DNA from: Vicugna vicugna
Lineage: Eukaryota
DNA length: 64,000 bases
Direction of reading: 5' to 3'
NCBI GenBank assembly: GCA_013265495.1
Contig: MU058198.1
Location: 3,732,419 to 3,796,418 of the forward strand
The notes under the pieces were generated by a model. That model saw only the letters and a list, made by a program, of their open reading frames with translations, ran no database searches and had not been told where the DNA came from. The stretch's first letter is position 1; each line of letters starts with the position of its first letter. A program made the position numbers and the translations under genes. Shown piece after piece: positions 54,871 to 64,000 of the stretch.

Positions 54871-56357
54871 CCATTGTCAGTGTCATTGCCGGTAACGCTA
54901 CCAGGGCCTCATAGCCCTTTCTTCCCTCCCATCCTAACCCCACACAAAGGTCGAGGCTTGGCCCAGTTTCCTTGCTCTCCATCAGCTTTTCCTGACCAAG
55001 CCAGTCCCCCAAATATCCCTGGGGACCACATGCAAAGAGCTTTTCTGTTTCTCTTAAAAGCCCAAGTTTCAGAGTTCAGCAGAGGGGAGATCTAATCCCA
55101 GCTCTGCCACTTAACTACCTCCGTGAGTCCTTGCTGGTTGTTTAACCTTCTGAGTGTCAGTTGCTTTGTCATTCAAATGGGAAAAATAAAACAGGGCAAC
55201 CCTGGGAGAACTGAGAATCAGAGCAGGCGTATCAGTAAAGAAGGAGCTTAGAACATAAGTGCCTGATTATTTTTCCCCTGGAAGATAAAGCATGCATGGG
55301 AAGTATGTGCTGGGGTGCATGTGTAGGAGGGCAGTTTCTGATGACAGATTATCTGTAGCAGGAATCAGGCTGAGCTGAGTGTCCAACAGAGTAGGTGTGA
55401 GTTGCTGGATTCATCCCTTCCCCTCTGTAATCCTCAGGCCCTGGGCAGAAATGTGAGGATTCTGCCGTGTGGGCTTCTTGGTGTCGAGTTAACTCTGGGA
55501 TGCTTCTTGGTCTTACATGTTCCCATCCTTTTGTTTCCTCTTTTGGTGGCCTCTTGCTGACCTTCTTTATTTTTTAAATTAATCATCAACTCCCCCGTCT
55601 TTACTCTCCGTGCATTTGCCAAAGTCTTGAGATCAGAGATATTTTCTTGCTGCTTTGGATTCATTTACAAGAGGAAGCCGGTCTGGCTTCATCTTGGAGC
55701 ATCTTGTTATTTAGCATTGGCTCAGAGACTTGAAGATGGAGGGTTTTGATAATTAAGTAATTTAAATGGGACACCAAAAAAACCTCAGCGGAGTTTAGTG
55801 TAATATGTGGTACAAGAGAAATGAGCTGAGCTAGGTTTTGACTATTTAATGAGCTTTCGGGAAGTAATTACTTGAAACTTGGGTCCATTTGGTTAATATT
55901 TTTTCTTCTGTCTTGTCATTTTCAAAAGTGCTTTATGGAGAAATGCAAATATTATCCGGATGAACGTGGCCTTTGCCTTGGTCAACCTCCAGTTTCCTCG
56001 TGGTGGCAGGAGGGAATTTGAAGATATTGAAACTGTTCTCATTAAATGCCCCAGTAATTGCATAAAACTCATTCTTAAATCAGAATGCATCGTGTGACAT
56101 TTCTAACTGGAAGCTCAGGGCTATGTTCAGGCTAAGAGTAACCAGAAGGGATCTTACCGTGGGACAAGGAGCAGCAGATGGTACTGTCGGGTCCTCCTAT
56201 TATAAAGACCTGGCTAGGGATGAAAAGTGAAAAATAAAAATCAGTTAGGACCCTTCCTTATGCCGTCTTCTCTAATTCCTAGGAGCAATCATTTTGGAGA
56301 GTCCCATGTTTCCTCTTCTGAAATCCATTTAATTCCACGTTTCTCTTTCTCTTGAAG

Positions 56358-56498
56358 CTGATGACCAAACACCCAGGCAAACGTCTGGGCTGTGGACCTG
56401 AAGGTGAACGTGACATCAAAGAGCATGCGTTTTTCCGATATATTGACTGGGAGAAACTTGAACGCAAAGAGATCCAGCCCCCGTATAAGCCAAAAGCC
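56358..56498 (+). CDS. PRKCB: PKC beta coding exon (exon 16 equivalent, last common exon): [47 protein letters not shown]
   Basis: 141 nt, phase 0/0; acceptor ttctctttctcttgaAG, donor GCC|GTAAGT; ends at PKA, where the betaI/betaII tails diverge. Confidence 0.98.
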
Positions 56499-58611
56499 GT
56501 AAGTAAACTGTTCTCTCTGGCTGTTTGGGTCCACATCATGACACACTCTTTCCCCTTTTGATGCGTGTGTCCTTGGCGCCCTCCGAGGGGTGGACACCGA
56601 TGCATCCACTTGAATATGTCCACGAGTGACACGTAAAGGCACCAGGTACAAAAATGGAGATTTCCGTGCACACAGCTTCTATCGATGCGAGAAAGACAAT
56701 GGACATCGCGTTTTTTTTTTTTAACAATTCAATTATCGTAGCTGTCTGAGCTGGCAACTCTTTGGGGCAGTGGTTCTTTGGGGAGCAGAGTTCAGATCCA
56801 TTTCTGGACTGTGATAAAGACTCTGATTTAGCCCTCGTTCTTTCCTTGGTTCGGCTGTGTCGTTTTCTCCTCCATACTGACATTGAAAAGGTCATGTTGT
56901 TTATCTCAACAGTATTTAAATTTCATTCTGAAATACACACTCCATCTGAGTCAGTAAAGAAGACAGCGTCACCAGCCAGCTCCCACCCAAGGCGAACCAG
57001 AATGGAGCAGGGGGCTGACGTGCGGAGCCCTCCTGGAGGCTCTGGGTGTGGAGATGGCTTTCAGAGAACGTTTGAAATAGAAGAAGGAAAGTCTCACGTT
57101 TCTCACAGTCGTGGGCGCACTTTGGGTCTTCCATCCCCAAAGGCTCAGCACGGAGTTCTTGTCAGCCCCAGGGAGGAGGAGTCTGCGCCTGAGTTAATCA
57201 GAACCCTGATTCTAGTGGGAGGAAACATTTGTTTGATCAAGGACAGCGGTGACTTTATCACAGGTTGTAAAACTGATGACTGAGGCTGAAAAGTGCACAT
57301 AAACATTGTCATCGAAATCTGAAGTTGTGAGCGTCTCAGGTGTTAAGATGAAGAAAATGACCATGATAATGGTACTTACTTTGATGTTATAATGAATTTC
57401 CTGGCCACTTATGTGGCTGTGTTTAGCGCTTCACAGGTAGCCTCTAATTAAATCCTCACAGCAGCCTGTTTATGCAGATGCTGTTATTCCACATCTTGGA
57501 AGAGGAAGTGGAAGCTCAGAGAGGTTAAGTGCTCCGTCCAGGGTCACACAGCCAGCGCGTGAGGAAGCAAGGATTCAGCGAATGACTGCAGTAGAGACAT
57601 ACCAGAGTGCCTGGGGCAAAGGACATGTAGTTTAAGAAAACCTTCCAGGTGCTTCTCACATCTCCCCAGTCCTGCACATCCCAAAAGATTAGAACCACAG
57701 CCTCCCCGTTTCTCTCTGGGCACTTCCTGGTGTTCAGAGGCGGGGCTCTTTAGAGGCAGCCCGTTCCACACCGCGGTCCTTCTGATTGTTGCAAACGTAT
57801 TTATTGATAGCAAGTCAGCGTCCCCAGAACTGCCGTCACTGGGTCCTGTTCTATCAACCAGAGCCCCTTTCTCAGTAGAGCATCCTTGTGCTCCTGAATC
57901 CTGCGATTTCCAGGCTAAACACACCCCCTCCTCCACCTACAGTCATGTCCCCTATGGTATCACCTCCGGGTGCCTGTTGTTCTCCAGGTAATCAACACCC
58001 ATTTTAAAATCCAGTCACAGGATTGAGCACAATATTCTTAATAGTGTCTGACTCTCGGTGAATACAGGGGGTCCAACAAAGCATCTCTTGATTATCCTAG
58101 ATCTGGAGAACTTGGGTGAGTCAGTTCCCTTCTCTGCTCCTCTGTTTCATCATCTGTAATAACAGCAGTGATAGTAGTTCCTTCATCAGAAGATGGTCGT
58201 GATGCATGAAGCACTCAGTACGTGCGCTCTGGGAGAGTTCATGATGGCTTTTGTTAGTGGCGTGTCACACACTGACCCATGTCTCAAGTGGCAGGATCTT
58301 TGAAGAGCAGAGCATTATCAAGTCCTGCTTATGCTAGTCCATAAGATAATGTCCGTGTGTACACCTGCGAGTCATAGGCTGTGGAAAAAGATTAAAAAAG
58401 CCATCTGGAATAGAAGAGTGGGTTCTTTCCGTTCAGGAAACTGGGAGCTTGGAGGTGGCACACACAACTCATTTGGGTTTTGTGTGGCTATTCCTGAGGT
58501 CTCGAAATGTGGACCGATCTGTCTTCACTTGGCCAGAGGGAAGATGCCAGTGCCCCTGTCCCCACCAGCCTTGAGCCAGTGATTTTTGAGGTTCATTCCT
58601 TACCTGTAGAG

Positions 58612-58767
58612 CAGTGGTTTTGAAAGTGTGGTCCCCAGACCAGCAGTATCACCTGGGAACTTAAGGAGTGAAATTCTCAGGGCCCGGCCCAGACCTCCTG
58701 AATCAGAAACCCTGGGGGCGGGGCTCTCCAAGTGCTTCTGGTCTGCGCTCCAGACGGAGACTCACTG
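58612..58767 (+). mobile_element. MER5A hAT MITE
   Basis: cagtggttttgaaagtgtggtccccagaccagcagtatcacctgggaactt...cccagacctcctgaatcagaaaccctggggg...cactg. Confidence 0.8.
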
Positions 58768-59296
58768 CCGTGGGATTCACTGTCAAAAGCTTAGCAGGGG
58801 CCAGGGGAATGTGGCGAGGTGAGAAATCTCTTTAAGGGGAAGACCCTGGTTCTCACCCAGTCTGAGTGAGGGGTAGTGGCTTCCAGGAACAGGTCACAGA
58901 CTCAGATGGCTGCAGAGGCTGGGCAGGTAGTGTTTATGAGGGAAGTGGGAGTGGCGGGGGGGAGGGGCAGACAGGAGAGCTGGGGGCTGTCTGTCTCCAA
59001 GGCTCCCTGGGCGTTCACCTCCAGCTGACCGGTTGGAGGCTCCTCTAGGTCATTACCAATTGCTGTGCTCTTTTTGTGTTATCCATGAGAATAACGGCTA
59101 TGCTTTCCTGAGAACGTCCTACGAGCCAGGCTCTGCGCTAGTCAGTTTTGTGTTGTGAGGATGCAGGCTCTGTCTGCACGGCTCCATCCTCATCAGGATT
59201 TCCATTTGAAATCCCACTGAAGAAAAATTTTATATATATATATCGGCCACAAAGTTTCAAAAATTAAACACAATGCAGGTCAAATAAAAAACATCC

Positions 59297-59442
59297 GGGG
59301 CAGTTATACCTCAAGTGGTAGAGTGCATGCTTAGCATGCATGAGGTCCTGGGTTCAATCCCCAGTACCTCCATTACAAGAAATAAGTAAGAAATTAATAA
59401 GAAATAAGTAAACCTAATTACCACCCCCCCACCCCCCAAAAA
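59297..59442 (+). mobile_element. tRNA-Ala(AGC)-derived SINE (Vic-1-like)
   Basis: A-box-like ctcaagtggtagag, anticodon arm catgc-TTAGCAT-gcatg, B box GGTTCAATCCC, ...tacctCCA, A-rich linker, aaacctaattacc, C-run and A tail. Confidence 0.88.
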
Positions 59443-59959
59443 GATGTTCTGCCTCCAGCTCTAAGGGGAAGAGGCATTGCCCCTGATCTTTTTAGAGTGA
59501 ATTGGAAATAAATACAATGATGGATACCCCACCCACTCATTTGATGTGACCTAGGTGTATGCCTTTCACGCAGCAGATGTCAGCCTTACAGCCCCCACCT
59601 CTCCCAAGGATTGCACATTTCCCCTTCCCCACACTTTGCAGAAAGTGCCGTGGTGAGTGTACAGAGTTCTGTGTGCCTCGCGGCGTGTTAACAAGAATGC
59701 GTGTGTCTGCCAGCGTCCCTGATTCATGCATGCTATTAAACAGAGTGCAGCAAGAGAAAGAAAAAAACACGGGGCAGTAACAGAGGGTGATATTCAAACA
59801 TCAGTGAAGGGTGCTATTATTGGAGGTTCATTAAAATAATTTGAAATGGATTTTTAAAGTTGTTCTCAGTGCCATCTTTTATGGTGGCAGGAGCTGTTCA
59901 CAGAGAAACCGCTGAAATACACTAGCATCGTGTATTGCTTCGGGATACAAGAGTAATTT

Positions 59960-60525
59960 TTCCTTAATGTGCATCTGATTGTGTCGCTGTTTTGCTTAAA
60001 GCCCCCCTGATGGCTCTCTGCTGCCTCCAGAATAATGTCTATTGTTCCTTAGCCTTTACAGCTTTCAGGGTCTTCCACGGCCCAGCCCCTGCCGCCTCCC
60101 CAGGCTCCTGACTTCAAGAACCAGCATTTCTGAATGTCTTTCAGTTCCTCAGACGCGCAGTGCCTTCTCTTCCCTTCTTGGCTTTGCCCACGCAGAGCAT
60201 CCACTTGGGAGCCCCAGAGCCTCCCTGCGTCCCCTCCGTCCCCCACCCTTCTGGTACCTGGCTCCTTCCCCCTCATCAAATCAGTAAACCGTCACCCACT
60301 CAGGGAGGCTCTTGTTGACTCCTGAGTAGGGATCATCTGCTCGTGTCTTAATCAACAAACTCATCACACTTTGTCGTAATGACTTGTTCAGTGCAAGGTC
60401 TGTCTTTTTGGCTAGACTCAAAGATTGCGACTGTCTTTTTCAGTGTTGGATCCCAGTACTTAGCATAAGGTTGAGCCCATAAGGGTGCTTAATAATGTTT
60501 ACTGAATAAATGATTGAATAAACAA
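59960..60525 (+). mobile_element. L2 LINE fragment with 3' end
   Basis: Ends gtgcttaataatgtttactgaataaatgattgaataaac; upstream tgcttaaagcccccctgatggctc. Confidence 0.55.
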
Positions 60526-60842
60526 ATGGCTGTAAAACAGGATGCCTCAAGGCACCGTGTTAGGGAACGTGCGGGATTCTTTAGGGATATGTATTAGAGC
60601 ACAGGGTGTCTTTCTCATGTACAGCAGGGTGTCTCAAATAAATTGGTCGTTGGGTAAGTCCCTACCCTGTTTATAAAGGGCTGTGATTTAGGTGCTGGTT
60701 GTATCTGTCATGACATCATGTGGCTGTGTGACAAAAGATCTGGTGGTGCGGTGCATGAATTGCTGGACTTTGGATGGAGAGGGCTGCGTCTCCCACGGTC
60801 TGTCCTTGCCCAGGCCAGTGCTCCGGTGCCGTGACGTAGCCC

Positions 60843-60998
60843 AGCAGACCTTCTTAAACTTCAGTGTGTGCGCACGAGGCACTAGGGATACCTGATTAAA
60901 ATGTGGATTCTGATTTAGCGGGTCTGGAGTAGGGCCTGAGATGCTGGATTTCTAACATACTCTCAGGGGATAGGAAGCTGCTGGACCACGGTGCAGCA
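60843..60998 (-). mobile_element. MER5-family hAT MITE
   Basis: ttaaaatgtggattctgatttagcgggtctggagtagggcctgagatgctggatttctaaca. Confidence 0.7.
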
Positions 60999-61294
60999 GG
61001 GGCTGGAACGTGGTTCTGTGGGGGTGCTGCCAGCCGGCGAGTTGAATGGCAGATCCTGTGTAGATCAACGTGCCGTGTCGCATGGTGAGGGTCGTAGGAA
61101 GGGGTGTATCAGCTTTAGCACAGAACGTGCTTGGAATGTGGTTTGGGGCGCATGGCAGGGTGTTGTGGGTCCACATGTGGGCGGCAGGTGCTAGTTTGTG
61201 TGAAGGATGGAGTATGCGGCTGGGTGCGTGGGGAGACAGTGAGCTGAGAAGCAATGTGTTCTGGTTCTGTCCTCTAGTGGGGACGTTACGAGTC

Positions 61295-61865
61295 ATTGAG
61301 GTTAGGTGCTGTTCTTGGTGCTGGAGAGACAGCAATAAAAATAATAAAAATCTCTGCCCTCATGGAACTTATATTCCAGAGGGAGCAGGCAAAGAAGAAA
61401 CAGATCAGTGAATATGTTAGAAGTTGAGAAGCAATAAGAAGGGATGGAGATTGGGAGGGCTGGGTCAAGGAGAGGTCAATTTTAAATAGGGTCATTGGAA
61501 AGGCTCGCTGAGAAAGTGATATTTCAGCAGAGATCGGAGGAAGGCGAGGGCGTGAGTGAGCCATGTGTATATCTGGGGGAGAGAGCAGCTCGGGTGGTGG
61601 TAACAGGTGCAAAGGCCCTGGGGCAGGATCTTGCCTGGCAAACTCAAGGAAGAGCAAAGAGTCCAGATGCTGAGCTGAGCAGGCAAGAGGGGAGAGTAAA
61701 AGGAGATGAGATCAGTGAGGCCACAGGAGGGGCAGATGGTAGAGGCCACTGTAGGATCTTTGGCTTTTACTCCAGCTAAGCTAAGCAGAGAGATAACATG
61801 ATCTGACTGTTCGGGGGGCAGGGGTGAAATCAGGAGACCAATTATGAGGCTCTTGCACTAAGCCA
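61295..61865 (-). mobile_element. L2 LINE fragment
   Basis: ctgccctcatggaacttatattcca; gagaaagtgatatttcagcagaga; gtgcaaaggccctggggcagg; ggagatgagatcagtgagg. Confidence 0.7.
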
Positions 61866-63397
61866 GGCGGGAGGTGAGGGGCACCTGGACAGGACTGAGC
61901 TGCTTGCGAGCCTCCAGGCTGAGTTCATCTTAGCATCCCTGGTCCCGCCCCGGTTCCCAGCACCTTGTAGGCGCTCAGTAGTTACCCGAGGGGGCATGAA
62001 GGAATGGACGAAGACGACCCCCTGCATAATTGCCCTTGCGCGTAGCAGGTGACAGCCAAGTGCCGGTCCTGGTGAAAGGTAGGGAACTAATGAAATGAGT
62101 TGTCATGAAAGCTTCTGGAGCTCAGGGTGCTGGCTTGCAGGGCCTAGAGCAGGGCGTGGTCATCCAGTGGGTTACGCCTCCTCCCATCGGCGTAAATGAC
62201 ATGGCGGTATGGGAGGGTCCATGTGTGAGGGCTGTGACCCAAGGCTCCCTCTGTCTGGGTGATCAGCGCGGGATTCGGCTGTGCCGTAGCGGAGGGTGCT
62301 GTGCGTTGAGGCCACACCGTGGGGAGCATGTCTTATCGGAGAATTTGTAGTGTGTGGTGGTGCTGTAATATCTCAGTGTCGTAGGCTCGCATAAGATGTG
62401 TCAATCGGAGTGCCCGATTGAGATCTTGATGGCGTTCATATATTATCGTGACTCGCCTCTCTGAGGTCCAGTGATGTCTATAACAACTAATGCCAGGCTC
62501 GCCGGGAAAACGAGGGAGAGACACAGACCTTGGGCTCAAGGCTCCAGCTGCCCCGAGGAGAAAGCCCTTGGGATCAACGTACCCACCTGGCAGCATAGAT
62601 GAACCAAACTGAAGCGTGAGAGAAAAGTAACAAGGCGACAAGGACACCTTGTTTCATGACAGTCCGTGGAATCTTCAACAAACGCTAGGGTGTGTATACA
62701 GCGACCTGCCTGCTAGTAAACATGGCTCTCCTCTTGCTCTAAAACGTGATCAATCTGATCATCAGTTCTCCGTGGGCAGGGGTTGGGTCCAGCTGGATGG
62801 GCCACTGACATTAAGAAGTGCCGGGTTTCCTACATCCTTTCATCCTGGGCAGCCATCTGGCGCTATCTGGACATGATCAGCACGCTCACCTCCTCCTTCC
62901 TTTTATTCCAGCCTCGGTGTCAGGCTCACATACTCCAGCCCTGCCTGTCCGCTAGACTGATGCCAGTCACGTCTGCTCCTGTTCTCCGTTCTTATCACTG
63001 TGCATTTTGCCCCGTAGAATTTTAAGGCATCTGCACATCTTCAAAGTCTGGGAATCTTGCAAACTAAAAAACAAAAACAAAAACAAAAAACAAGAAAGAA
63101 ACAGAACCCCTTGTCCCCATTGTCCTTTACTCAGCCTTCCATTTAATAATCGTTTCCAAATTGCTATGTAGGTTACTGGATCACATACCGTTAACTCACA
63201 TCCTCTGGGTGTCTAAATGCCGAACTGCTGCAGAAGCCAGATCGCGCTCACAGGGCTTGGTTTCTCGGTAATTCTGTCATCTGAAAACATTGTTTATGTA
63301 GCTGAGGTCAAAAGCTTCAAGCACGGCTCTAATGAACTGCAGTTCTGTTCATGTGACATTCTCCTCCAAACCCAATTGCCCTTTACACTGTATAAGT

Positions 63398-63400
<3 letters not shown>

Positions 63401-63432
<32 letters not shown>

Positions 63433-63445
63433 TGTGAGTGTGTGT
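63401..63445. repeat. (TG)15 microsatellite with interrupted extension
   Basis: Pure (TG)15 at 63401-63430 followed by agtgtgagtgtgtgt. Confidence 0.95.
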
Positions 63446-63689
63446 TTGATGTGCTGACATTTCTCATGGAAGCCTCAAAGCATGACCTTTGTATGTTTGC
63501 TATTAAAACTCCAAATTCAAGGCTTAAGTAAGGGATCTCACTTTTACTTAACATGATATATTTAAGAGTAGAACCCAGCTCCCCCGAAGTACCAAATGCT
63601 CAAGAGAGCAATCCCTTTTTGAAAATTGGGATTAAAAATAATTCTCGTAAGACCTGTACTGTTCAGATGCATTGGGGAAAAAAAATACT

Positions 63690-63890
63690 GAACTCTGGTC
63701 TGTGCCCAGCACTGTTTTAAGTGCCTTCTGGGCATTACCTCATTTAATTCTCACAACCCTATGAGGTAGGTGTCATTGTCGCCGTATTGCAGATGAGGGC
63801 ACGAAACTTGGAAACGTTAGAGGACATCTGCTCAAAGTCCCGCAGCTAGCAGGTGGCCGAGCCAGGACTTGAACCATGGCATCTACCTGC
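63690..63890 (-). mobile_element. MIR SINE
   Basis: ctcatttaattctcacaaccctatgaggtagg...gcagatgaggg...gagccaggacttgaacc. Many further MIR remnants occur in the window and are not listed individually. Confidence 0.75.
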
Positions 63891-64000
63891 CCAGTGTCCT
63901 GGAAAGATGGTTAGAAGCACCTGGAGCCCCTTCTAAGGTCTGCGGTGGCACTGACGGGAGAGCGCCTTGAGAACACTGTCTGGTGGTGTCTGTTATGTAA

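Noticed and set aside
56574..56592. Second CTCF-like motif downstream of exon 16 (and another near 27568)
   Set aside because: Several mismatches in the core; too weak without binding data
59297..59372. Apparent tRNA-Ala(AGC) gene
   Set aside because: 5' acceptor strand and D-arm are disrupted, CCA is genome-encoded, and it carries the same 3' tail as two other dispersed copies; it is a SINE head
62401..62421. Iron-responsive element-like loop (GAGTGC)
   Set aside because: Loop is not CAGUGN with the required stem register, and the site is intronic
56499..64000. betaI (RDKRDTSNFD...) or betaII (CGRNAENFD...) terminal exons
   Set aside because: Neither peptide was seen after exon 16 in the ORF track or by eye; they are presumably downstream of the window

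Overview
Mammalian genomic DNA covering the 3' half of the protein kinase C beta gene (PRKCB) on the + strand. Eight coding exons lie between 4763 and 56498 (equivalent to human exons 9-16, about aa 307-621, numbering recalled). They splice through canonical GT-AG sites into one open 945-nt / 315-aa frame: end of the V3 hinge plus the kinase domain, up to the point where the betaI and betaII C-termini diverge. Upstream exons and the alternative terminal exons were not found in the window. About 98.5% of the window is intron, filled with old eutherian repeats (MIR, L2, MLT1/MaLR and MER21 LTRs, hAT MER5/MER58/MER113-like, L1M) and younger insertions (5'-truncated L1 ends with TSDs, three tRNA-Ala-derived SINEs). 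The SINE type resembles camelid Vic-1, and I saw no Alu/B1/Bov-A, so a camel/alpaca/llama genome is likely (inference). Nearly all ORFs in the supplied track are spurious. I found no convincing novel biological system. The best leads are modest: exon-specific GC3/CpG enrichment, an Ala where I recall Pro397, a perfect 74-bp tandem duplication, a tail-only insertion, and inverted young repeats flanking in-frame exon blocks. Repeat family names and boundaries are by eye and approximate.
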